Shown one piece after another: positions 48,001-59,538 of a DNA stretch of 64,000 nucleotides; the first letter of the stretch is position 1, and every line of letters starts with the position of its first letter. A program made the translations under genes and the position numbers. The stretch covers positions 29,273,411 to 29,337,410 of the forward strand of contig CP154954.1 of assembly GCA_039621445.1 (NCBI GenBank), in the 5' to 3' direction. Under the pieces are notes generated by a model, which did no database searches, had not been told where the DNA came from, and saw only the letters and a list, made by a program, of their open reading frames with translations. The stretch comes from Euglena gracilis (lineage: Eukaryota).

Positions 48001-48150
48001 CTGGTCTTGTCTTGAGCATACATTTTTTTAAGGTCCCCCCCCCCCCGTGGTTGCAGCCAGCCCTGATTTTGGCCCAGCCCAGCCGCAGCAGCACCCCCTC
48101 GGGGGGGGGGGGGTGCTGCCAGCCCTTCGAGCCAGCCCCTTTTTGCTGGG
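45085..48150. repeat. Diverged direct repeat of a ~1-kb non-coding block (~45085-46115 and ~47112-48150)
   Basis: Shared sequence from TACCTATTTAGACATGGGCC to CCAGCCCCTTTTTGCTGGGTC. Confidence 0.85.
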
Positions 48151-49598
48151 TCCAGCCCAAAATTTTTTGGCAACTGTAAAAAAAATGGAGAAACTGTTCA
48201 AAAGTGGCCAAAAATGGTGTTTCGGGGTTGTTCTTGTCAGATGCTCATTTTTTCTGTATCGAGAATTGTGTCGCAGCTGTTGGTTTGGGTGTCAGCCCAA
48301 ACTGGCGTCCCAGCGCTCATCACCACATGTCAGGGGATGGGGAAATAACGCAACTTACATATTGGCATTTTTTTTGCAAATGAAAATTTTGTGAAAAAGT
48401 CGCATTTATTTTATTTTTTGCATATTTTGCTTTTCCAGTTTTGTTCAAGCATTTGCACAGGCAAATTGCTCCACAGACAACTGGAGTTTGCGGCCCCGGT
48501 CGGAAAATTGCGGATGACCAAATTGCGGGTCGGCCCGACCATGGTCTGGCCGACCACCTGGTCGGCCCGACCATTGTGGGTCGGCCCGACCTGGTCGGTA
48601 GGAAACGCAATTATCCGCACCCCCCCCTTCAGCCCCCTCCCCCCCTGCTAGACGACCAAGGGCGCCAAAGGCGCCCTCCGTCGTCTGGGCGTCTGATTGC
48701 GCATGCTCACCAAACGTGTCCGGCAGCGAAGGGATTTTGTTATTGGGAGCTGGGGGGGGGGCAGGGGGGGCGGCACCCCCCCCCCCACTGGACGACCAAG
48801 GGCGCCAAAGGCGCCCTCTGACAATGGGCGTCTGATTGCGCATGCTCACAAAACGGTCCGGCAGCGAAGGGATTTTGTTATTGCGGGCGGGCGGGGGTGC
48901 GGCGGGGGGGGGGGGGGGGAGCCCCCCCCCCTGTTAGACGACCAAGGGCGCCGAAGGCGACAATGGGTGTCTGATTGGTTAATACACATGGGGGGGGGAC
49001 CCTCGCTTGGCGCCTCGCTCGGGTCCCCCCACGTTTTTAACCCTAGTTGGGCGGCTCTTTGGGGTAGCTGGTACCTTGGAGGGGCCAATTTATCACGTTT
49101 CTGAACAGCCGGCTGTAGTCCTCAAAATTGAAATTTTTCTCAGCCAGTTAATGAAGGAGTAGGGTTTGGGTCAGGGTTTGGGTTAGGGTTCGGATTAGGG
49201 TTAGGTTTGCCCCCCCCCCCAATAACATCCCTTCACTGCCGGACCGTTTGGTGAGCCTAACCCTAACCTTAAACGTAACCCGAACCCTAACCCGAAACCC
49301 TAACCCAAACCTCAAACGAAACCCGAACCCTGACCCCAACCCTAACCCTAACCCAAACCCCCCCCCCCTCCGCTGGACGACCAAGGGCGCCGAAGGCGCC
49401 CTCCGACAATGGGTGTCTGATTGCGCATGCTCACAAAACGGTCCGGCAGCGAAGGGATTTTGTTATTGCGGGCGGGCGGGGGGTGCGGCGGGGCGGGGGG
49501 TTGAACAGAAACCAAATCTCCGTGTTTTTTCCAATGCTCTGCCCTTTTGTCGGTTCTGCCATGTCCGTAGCTCAGGGGTGCCTGTTGCTTTTGGATAC

Positions 49599-52500
49599 AG
49601 TCATTTCTGCGATCATTCCATCACGGTGTGAACTGGACTTATTCTCTCAGGATCTCACCGGGGGGGGGGGGGGGTAGTGCGGAATATTGCGGGTCGGCCC
49701 GACCAGGTCGGCCTGACCTGCAATTTGGTCATCCACAATTTTCCACACAGAGCCGGAGTCTGCATTTTTCACGTTTTTGGTCTAATTTCACTTAAGCAGT
49801 AGTTGCATAATGCAATACAAGTGGATGCAACGAGGTCAACCATATCGCTTCACCAGTTTGCACCACAGTTACTTTTTATGTTGCATTTTAGGGCAGGTGA
49901 AACTTTTCGACGTCCTCTCCAGTGGAAAGGTGCACACCCGGGGAGCCCCTAAAGGAATTCATCCACAACTTGCAATTTTTTTTTGTATTTTCCCCTTTTT
50001 GAATTTTTTTTTGCTTTTTTTGCGTTGCATACCATGCCCGCCACCCCCCCATGCGCTCCCCGCCCTGCCCCCCCATAGTGCCTCGCTCGGGATACCTAGA
50101 AATGACCCCAAGCGCGGGCCCCAACACCCAAGGCGCATCCTCCCGGCCCAGACCCCCCCCCCAGCAGTTCCATGCGGCGTGCGCCCCCGGTCTGGGAAGA
50201 GCCGGCATTCCCCCCGGGCTCGGCCCCCGATGGGAACGCATTGGCGGCGACGATGTAATGGAGTGCACTGGCGGGGCTAGTGGGCCAATGGCGGAGCATG
50301 CCGCCTCCTACGCCCGCGAAGGTGGCCCGCCACCCCCCCCCCCCGCACCGTGGCCGCTTCCCTGAAGGCCCCGGACCTGGGGGCCCCCCCCAGCCCGTCC
50401 GCACAAGGGGGGACCCCCCACTGCCCCATTGGGGGGCACCAAGCGGGGTGCTAGTTGAACTGGGGCTGCCCTTACAGGGCCCCGAGAGAGCAGGGGCACA
50501 CGGCCCGGCAGGGAGGCCCCTTTCTGCGGCCCGACACACGCTTCATGACCAGGAACCAAGGCCGAGCAAGTCATGATCCTGAACTCCCAGCGCTGGGACC
50601 GACCGTTGCCGGTTAGGGGGGTTGGACGACTTCCCCAAGGCCGCACAAACGTCCTCCGAAAGGGAGGGGCGCCCAAAGGTAATGAGACGCGTCGCACTTT
50701 TGTGAAAAGACCCCTTTTTGCACCAACGACCATGGGGTTGCATTGCCCCGCCCGCGTCACCCCCCCACCCGATAGTGTCCCCTAGCCAGCGTTGGGCCTG
50801 GATAATCGGGGGGGGTGGGGCATGTGTACTTTGTGGCCAAGAGGCATACTCCCCCCTTGCATACGTTCAAAAAAAGACAAAAAAACCCGATTTTCAAGAT
50901 ACCAGAAAATGAAGAGAAAAGGACCATGAAAGGACTTTGGAGGGTTGTAATGTTTTTGCCAACAGAACAACAAAAGAATTGAGAACAAGGGCGTTCGCTT
51001 TGTCCCTTTGTCATTCTCTCTCAAGACAATCCATCTGACCACTGTTTGCCACCTTGCACCTTTTTCTGCATTTTGGAACATTGTTGAGTGACCCAGTGTT
51101 GACTCGGCATTTTTTTCGTTTGGCACCCCCCCCCCCCAATGCCCTCCAAAAAAGACCAGCACAAAAAAACTGGTTTCTGTAGGGTTTGCAGTCAAATAAA
51201 AAGGGAAGTGAATTATTTTCTCCGGCGCTTCGCGCCTGAGTTTTTCGTGATTTTCTGCCATTGACCTGATGAAAAACACAATGTGCTGCTTGAGCTTTCA
51301 CCCGGACCGCGCCACCTGGGGGGTTTCCCCCCCCACAAACCCTCCCTCCTGGCACGCAGGGGGTCCGGACACCTCGGGCTCCGCACTTTGCCCTTGCGAG
51401 GCCATGCGCTGCGGTTCGCTGTGCGACACCTCGGGCTCCGCACTTTGCCATTGTGAGGCCATGCCTTGCTCGCCGGCGGTTTGTTGTGATTGTTTTGGTG
51501 TGCTGGGTTAGAAGGTCCCGCTTAGTGCCTTTTTTCGCCGGAGTTGGCTGATTCCTAAATTGCCCTTCGACACCCAGAAGAAAGGAAAAGAGTTCACGAA
51601 CGAAGAAGAACCAAGAAAAGAAGTCAATATCAATTCAATATCCAGAAGGACACGAACCAGACGAATATCAAATCAAAAGTCAATTATCAAATTTCAAATT
51701 TGACTTCAATGAACAATGCAGTTGAGAAGAAATTGGAATTTCACGGCCGCGGACGTCCTGGAGCAGATGCCGCAGCAGCTGGAGAACTTGGAGATGCGGT
51801 CATCACGTGGCAAACCGTGGTCGTTCTTCCCACCCAGCCCCCCACCCCAGAAATTTCCCAGCCCAAAACCCCCCCCAGTGACGGCCACGGTCCTTGGACC
51901 ACAGTGGCCAGAAGGCCCAGAAGACAGAAGCCAGCACCAGCCCTTTGTGGGCAAAGAATGGGCCATGGGGGCCCAAAATGCTTCAAATGCAAAATGCTTG
52001 GCCAATCAAAGCCCACACATCAGGGGCATCTCCCCCAAAGGCGCCCAGCAGCCTGGGCACAAATTGGCCAGAAGATGGGGAGATGGAATCAAGGCCAAGG
52101 AGGTCAACACCACAGGGGCCATGGGGGCCAGTTTTTCAAGCAAATCCCCTCAGGAAGGGGCAGAAAAGGTCTGTCCAACCCCCCCAATTCATCTATCACA
52201 ACAGCCCCTCTCAAGGGGACAAGGGGGGGCCACAGCAGCCCCCCCAGATTTCCAATGGGGTTGGAGGCCAAGAAGAAATCAAGGCCTGGAAGACCACAAG
52301 ATGGATTATGGAAAAAATTTATACATGGAAACCTTGGAGACCAGCAGGGTGGACCCACAGTGGCCACCAAGAAGCTAAAGCACCAGCAGGGTGGACCCAC
52401 AGTGGCCACCAAGAAGCTAAGGCAGCTGCTGGAGAAATCCCCCGAGGGACCCACAGAGGCCCTCTGCCAAAAATGGGGGAAAAAGGGACCCACAGTGGCC

Positions 52501-55161
52501 CTTTCATTGACCCAGCCCCAGGAGGAAAAGGGACCCACAGTGGCCCTTATGGAGGGAGGGGCAGGAACCCCTCCAACAATTATTCCTCAATCCCAATGAT
52601 TCAATCAAGGGGGGGACCCACAGAGGCCCCCCTATGGTATGTGAACCAACCACATCAACCTGGAGAAGACCAGATAGGCCAAACAGGGGCATTAAGCCCT
52701 ATGGTATGTCTTCCAACAACAAGATCATCCAGAGAGGTGAGCAGAGAGGGAGAGAGTGCATGCACATCCCCCCAGAAAAAATTTCTTTTTCCAAGGGCCC
52801 AAGCCCTAGGGGACCTAGGGGTGCAATGTCCAACACCCCCAACCCAGCCCCCCCAGAATCATCTTATCCAGAAAATAAATTCAATGGGGGAAAGAGGGGG
52901 AGACACCCCCCTCCATCAAAGGTTACAAAAAAGCCTAAAATGTCCAACACCCCCAGCCCAGCCCCCCCAAAATCATCTGATCCAAGAAATAAATTCCATG
53001 GAGGAAAAATGGGGAGACACCCCCCTCCATCAAAGGCTGCAAAACAGCCTAAAATGGTGGACAAAAAATGCCCCCCCAACAACATGTCAACTCATCAGGG
53101 ATGGCATTCAACCCCCCTGGGTCAGCCCACCAAAATTGTCCACCCACCCAAAACCCAGAGCCAACCTGGACCTGAACCAGGCAGAAAAAATCCTGTTGGA
53201 TTACGAAAAAACTGGGTCAATAAAACGAGTTTGGGATTCAGAAACCCAGCATTTAATCCCATGGTTTCTAATTTCGAAACCAGAAGGGGGAACAACCAAA
53301 TGGAGAATGATCAGCGACTGCAGAGAATTAAATCAGCAGTTTCAAGTGAAACCTTTCAAGCTGGATCACATCCAGCACATTTTTCCAGTTTTGGAAAAGG
53401 GCCACTGGGCAGCCAAAATAGACCTGAAAGATGCCTATTTTCATATTCCAGTAAGTCCAGGCCTAAGGCCATTTTTAAGGCATCAGGTGGGGGGGCAGAC
53501 CTGGGAATTCCAGGCAGGCTGTTTTGGCCTGAATGTAATGCCCCAAATTTTCATGTCAGTCATGAAAACATTCGAAAAGCTGTGGCGGAAAAGGGGCATC
53601 CAGGTATTTATTTACCTGGACGACATTTTGCTGGTGGCCCCAACACAAATCATCTTACAAAATCACCTGAACACAGTGGTCAGGGATTTAATCAAATCAG
53701 GATTCAAAATCAATGTGAAAAAGTCCACCCTGCAGCCCACCCAAATCGTAAATCATCTTGGATTCCAGCTAAACTTCGAAGAGGGAAAATTACAGGTGCC
53801 CCCCAGAAAATAAAAACCGTAAAAAAGGAGCTGGGAAAAATGGTGAAAAAAGATTACATGTCAAAAAGGCAACTGGCTGCCATTTTGGGCCAAATCAGAT
53901 GCAATCTAATGGCCCTGCCCTTTCTAAGGGCCTTTACGGATGCCCTGGCAATTTTTTTGGTGAAACATTCCACAGCCCCCTGGGACTCAAAACATCCCAT
54001 TTCCCAAAGAATAAAGGACCAATTAAAGGAATTAAAAATTCTGCTGGACACCTGGGGGGCAGTCATTTCTGCGATCATTCCATCACGGTGTGAACTGGAC
54101 TTATTCTCTCAGGATCTCACCGGGGGGGGGGGTAGTGCGGAATATTGCGGGTCGGCCCGACCAGGTCGGCCTGACCTGCAATTTGGTCATCCACAATTTT
54201 CCACACAGAGCCGGAGTCTGCATTTTTCACGTTTTTGGTCTAATTTCACTTAAGCAGTAGTTGCATAATGCAATACAAGTGGATGCAACGAGGTCAACCA
54301 TATCGCTTCACCAGTTTGCACCACAGTTACTTTTTATGTTGCATTTTAGGGCAGGTGAAACTTTTCGACGTCCTCTCCAGTGGAAAGGTGCACACCCGGG
54401 GAGCCCCTAAAGGAATTCATCCACAACTTGCAATTTTTTTTGTATTTTCCCCTTTTTGAATTTTTTTTGCTTTTTTTGCGTTGCATACCATGCCCCCCCC
54501 CCCCCGATAGTGTCCCATACCCGCCTGCCGTTGGGCCGGCACTATCGGGGGGGGGGCATGGTACTTTGAGGAGCCAAGGAGGCATACTCCCCCCTTGCAT
54601 ACGTTCAAAAAAAGACAAAAAAACCCGATTTTCAAGATACCAGAAAATGAAGAGAAAAGGACCATGAAAGGACTTTGGAGGGTTGTAATGTTTTTGCCAA
54701 CAGAACAACAAAAGAATTGAGAACAAGGGCGTTCGCTTTGTCCCTTTGTCATTCTCTCTCAAGACAATCCATCTGACCACTGTTTGCCACCTTGCACCTT
54801 TTTCTGCATTTTGGAACATTGTTGAGTGACCCAGTGTTGACTCGGCATTTTTTTCGTTTGGCACCCCCCCCCAATGCCCTCCAAAAAAGACCAGCACAAA
54901 AAAACTGGTTTCTGTAGGGTTTGCAGTCAAATAAAAAGGGAAGTGAATTATTTTCTCCGGCGCTTCGCGCCTGAGTTTTTCGTGATTTTCTGCCATTGAC
55001 CTGATGAAAAACACAATGTGCTGCTTGAGCTTTCACCCGGACCGCGCCACCTGGGGGGTTTTCCCCCCCCACACACCCTCCCTCCTGGCACGCAGGGGGT
55101 CCGGACACCTCGGGCTCCGCACTTTGCCCTTGCGAGGCCATGCGCTGCGGTTCGCTGTGCG
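49599..55161. repeat. Direct repeat ~49599-51426 and ~54060-55161; the first copy has an extra ~700-bp insert
   Basis: Both begin AGTCATTTCTGCGATCATTCC and end GGTTCGCTGTGCGA. The second copy truncates the DIRS pol at 54060. Confidence 0.85.
51451..54060 (+). mobile_element. DIRS-class retroelement 5' part: terminal repeat, degenerate gag, RT (to 53813), frameshift, truncation
   Basis: RT motifs FLISKP..KWRMISDCRELN, KIDLKDAYFHIPV, CFGLNVMP, YLDDILL, HLGF. The connection region ALPFLRAF...LDTWG is in the next frame. Confidence 0.88.
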
Positions 55162-55894
55162 ATTGTTCGCTTCGAACAGCTTCGTACTCCCTAAAGGAAA
55201 ACCGAAAAGGGAGGAAGGGTCACCGAGGGCGAAGCACAAAAACCTTGTGAGGCCATGCCTTGCTCGCCGGCGGTGCTGGTTGGATTGCTCTTGTTCGCTG
55301 GGTTAGGAGGTCCCGCTTATTGCCGCCTCGCCAGAGTTGGCTGACGATGCTGCTCCGACTGGGCGACGTGGCTTCTTGCCCCTGGGGCCCAGCAAAAAAC
55401 GATATTTGTTTGCTCCCCGCCTACGACCCCCACCTAACCCTTACCCTGATCCCAACCCTGGCCCAAACCCTAAAGTGAATTGGGTTTGGGTTAGGGTTTG
55501 GGTTTATTGTTAGGGTTAGGGTTAGGGTCAGGGTTGACGTTTTTTTTCAAAAAAAACAAGAATATATTTGTTTGAAAAACAAAATTGGAGCTTTTTCCTT
55601 CGAAATGGCCATTTTTTTGAGGAAAAAGTTTGAAAGTCATTTTTGGGTCATCAAAAAGTGACGTCTCCCAGTTTTTCCAGACCCTTCATAAAAACATGTG
55701 GTTGGCAAGGTGACACAGTTGTGAATGCCAGCACCTTTTGCAGACTACGAAGGATGCAGAGATGAAAAATCACTGCTTTGTTAAAAAAAGAAAAGCACTT
55801 TTCGCAAACCCCTCTCCCCCCCCCCTGGCCCCCACTCTCTGACCGAGGGCTCTTGAACACAAATTTTCTTTTACGGGTAGAGGGGGTCGGGCTC

Positions 55895-57406
55895 ACAAGG
55901 TCTTTGTGCTTCGGCCTCGGTGTCCCTTCCTCCCTTCTCGGTTTTCCTCGAGGGAGTACGAGACAGATTGTGCACTGAAATTAGGGGGGCCAGGGCATTT
56001 TCCAGGGCACCTTGGGCACCAAGTCGTTGATAGTGGGCTGCAAAAGCCTCCACCCCCTTCCACGGGCCAATTTCACAAACTTCTTGGGCAGAAAGTCCCA
56101 ATTTTTTGAGTAAACCAACTCCTGCCCCTCCGGTGGAGTGGGCCCCCCACACCTGGGGGGTACACCATGTTTGGCCAAAAAATCTTTTGTGATGGAAGAA
56201 ATGGTGCCTGCACTGATGGCCCTGAAGGGGGGTTTTAATGAAATTAGGAGGGGGCCACCAGGTCCACAGGCCTTTGAAAATTGGAAGAATTGAATTAAAG
56301 CGTCAGCCACTTGGTCTGTGGTGGCTTCAGGGGGGGGGGGCTGTGTTCTAAAATTACCCACAGAAGTGCAAAAGCACTCTGACAACGTTTTAAGCTTGGG
56401 TTTCTCCCCAGGGAATCGTTAATGGTCTCAACCTGAATTTGTTTCCCCTCCAAAATTTGCCTGAGCAAATCATGCAAGCCAGGGGCCACCTGGGGGGTGG
56501 CATTTGCTCCCCCCTGCAGTTGGTGAACATGCCCCTGTGGGGGTGAGTTTCAGGCAGGGGGTCCCTGGAACTTTCATTTTTATTAATTTGGGCCACCGTG
56601 TGGCTGAATCCCAGTTGGGGGTGACCATGAAAACTTTGGTCTGGTTAAACATTTTCAACCTGGGTAGAAATTGTTGAATTATTGACCGGAGGGGGTTTGC
56701 ATAAAGATCCCCCATGTTGTCCAGTGGACATTGTAATGCATTTATTTACTGCTGTGGCTTCCCAATGGGGCCACCTGGCCACAAAATTGGGCAGTTTTTG
56801 TTGCCTGGGAGGCAAATAAATCTGTTTCCAGACTTATGAAATTTGTGAATTGCTTGCTGAGCCATTGAAAAAGTTTGGGGTCTAAAGAATAATACCCCCT
56901 GTCCATTTTCTATCTGCTGATGGGGGTCTGCTAGGCAGTCTTTTTAAGGTACCCAGTTGCCTTGGAGGTTTACTTGGTGCTCCATGCAACACTTGAAAAA
57001 TGGTCTCAGCATTTTGTTGAAGGGGTCCTTTCTGCCCCAACCTTTTGTTAGGTAAAAGTAAATTACCTGGTTGTCCACTGACAAGGAAACGGTTTCTCCA
57101 GGTTTGCTCAAACTTTTCACAGTGTTGATTGCTGCACTGAGCTCCTTTACATTGATGTGCAAAAAGGAGTTTTTTCTCCAAAATTCCTGCACAATCTCTC
57201 CTGTGTTGATGTCCAGCCCCCCCCCCAGGCATGCGTGCTGCTGTCTGAGAGCAACACTCTGGATGCATTTTGGGGGAAGGGTCTTCCCCCCCAGGTGTCC
57301 AGCAGAATTTTTATTTCCTTTAATTGGGCCTTGATTTCCTGGGAAATGGGGTGTTTTGAGTCCCAGGGGGATGTGGACTCCGCCACCAAAAAAATTGCCA
57401 GGGTGT
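55895..57406 (-). pseudogene. DIRS-class 3' part of the same family: degenerate RNase H, adenine MTase, YR
   Basis: PWDSKHPISQ..LDTWGG (shared with ~53975-54060), LSDSSTHAWGG, HINVKELSAA, VDNQ, TDLFASQ, LYANPL, WGAHSTGG..IGPWK...AAHY. Multiple frameshifts. Confidence 0.85.
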
Positions 57407-57408
57407 GT

Positions 57409-59029
57409 TGTAACCGTGGTGCCTGTCCCTGAGTTTCCATTCCCTCGGGGCCGGCACCACTTTGCGTAGGATCTTTTTCCCTGCCCAGGGTGTTTTCAAT
57501 TCCCCTCGCGGCTTGTTTTAAAAAATGCATTTTCTTTTGTTTTCTTTTGTTTTGCGGGTTTTTTTGGGGTGAAAAAAGGTTGGTTGTTTGGCTCACACCT
57601 GTCCTTTGATAAAAAATCCACAAGCAATCAGCAAATCCACCAGCACAATACAAGCAAACCACAAAGTGAGAGTACCAAAGTCCAAACCAAGGGTAAGAGA
57701 ACGATAGGTTCCAGATAATTCACCAGATAATTCTTGAACCACAAACTGACAGTGTGACAGAGAGACAGAGCCCTGCACAGGGACAGATGGAGTCAGTAAC
57801 TTATAATTCCTAATAAGATTTTCCTAATCCTAACTGCAGAGTCATCAGGTTGGGTAGTGTTAAGGTATGATGTTTTGGGCACTCAGCACCCCTGACTCAC
57901 ACTCCCCTTCCCGAAGGAGTTGTTTACAACTCTTCACGACTCCAACAGGAAGGGGTGCGGAGTGCACTCGTTGTGAGGAGGGGGCGAGCAAGGGGACCGT
58001 TGTTCAGGGTCCCCCCCCCTCAGGGGGCTGTGCCGTTCAGGTTCGTTTTCTGACCAGGGGGCTGAGTCAAATGTTCTCCTTTGGCAGTTGGGTCTGTGCG
58101 GGGTCTGGTGTGTTGTCCCCCCCCCAGCCCGCCTAGCGCTGTTTGGCGTTGGGGGGGGGGGCAGGCGCCGTTGTGAACCAAGCGCCAGCCACGGTCAAAA
58201 TTTTGAGGAAATTTTTATTCCCAGGCCAGGTGAGTTGTTTTGTCACGGTCAGGCTCCTAGACAGCCGTTTTCGGTTCGGTTTGCCAATACGGTGTCTGGG
58301 GTTGCTGTCCGTTCGGTGGGGGGTGGGTCCAGCTGGGGTCTTCCAGCCCCCCCAGGCCAAGTGGCCAGGCTCCGGCCGGGGACGAATTTTTATAAAAATC
58401 AGGTGAAGGCTGGTTTTCGGTTAAAAATCAGGCTGGGTCAAGGACAATGTTTTTTTTTGTATTTTTGTATTTTTTTCTGGGGGGTAGACTGGTGTGTGTA
58501 GGTGCTGTGGAGGGTCCTCCCCCCCCCCAGGCCGGTGGCCCGGGGTCGGTCAGGTCTGCGTTTTTGTGTCAAAATCAGATTCCCCTTCCACGGTTTGCCC
58601 AGTTTTTGCTGGCTGTTACGGTTGGGGTTGGGGGCTGTGTTTTGTTGTTGTTTTTTTTTTTGTATGCTGGCCAAGTTCAGGGGTAGGTTCGTTCTCCACC
58701 CAACCCACAACAACAACGATGAAGATTTGAAGAATGGATTGATTGGCAGAAGAGTGGCACTTGAGGTCAGTGAATTCGGGTCGGGTCGGGTCTTGTTCAG
58801 GTCTGTTGGGCTGGTTCGAGTTGAGCTGGCCAGCGGTTCAGGTTCAGGTGGGCTGGCCGGGTGGGCTGCCCAGGCCCGTTTTGTCGTTTTGAGTCAGGCA
58901 GGTTTTGCCAGAGGTGTGCAAGTTCAAGTCAGTCGAGGTCGGTATGGGTGGTAGGGTTGGGGTTGGCTTTAGGGTCGTTCGGGGTGTCGACGTGACGGTG
59001 TCTGTGAGGGGGCCCAGGGGTATGTGACA
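57409..59029 (-). repeat. Probable 3' LTR of the Gypsy element
   Basis: Minus strand begins TGTCAC just after the purine-rich end of the chromodomain ORF and ends GTTACA where DIRS homology resumes. No second LTR in the window to confirm. Confidence 0.5.
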
Positions 59030-59033
59030 TGTG

Positions 59034-59487
59034 TCACTCCATCCCATCAAGCAACTCTCTCACATCCACGGCCAAGCCTCGTTCTTTGCAGTATTGGACC
59101 ACATCTTTGTTTGTCCGGAGGAAGAAGTGGTTCAGGGGTTCCCACTGAGTATCATATGGGTCCCAGTTTTTCCACAGAATAAACAATTTAAGTTTTCCGT
59201 CTTTTCTACGGTGGTTAAGCACCTTTTCAACCTCCCACTCGTCAGGTCCGACCTCCAACTGTTGTGCCTTGCCCGACCAAAAGTAGAGGGGGACAGGAGT
59301 TGTGTTGTAGAGGTCCTCCACGTGGGGTTTGAGTTGTGAACGGTGGGCAGGTTGTCGGTTTCCCGGTTGAAGTTCCAGCACGGAAGAGGGCTGTCGTAGC
59401 CTTTCCAACACCACAGCAGGTCCTTTCCACTTCGGTTCGAGTTTGTCGGTACCAGGTTGTCTTTCGGGTTGCTACCACCACTTTGAT

Positions 59488-59538
<51 letters not shown>

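Noticed and set aside
50050-50760. LINE 5' UTR or ribozyme in the GC-rich insert
   Set aside because: No convincing HDV or hammerhead fold and no coding motif could be traced by eye.
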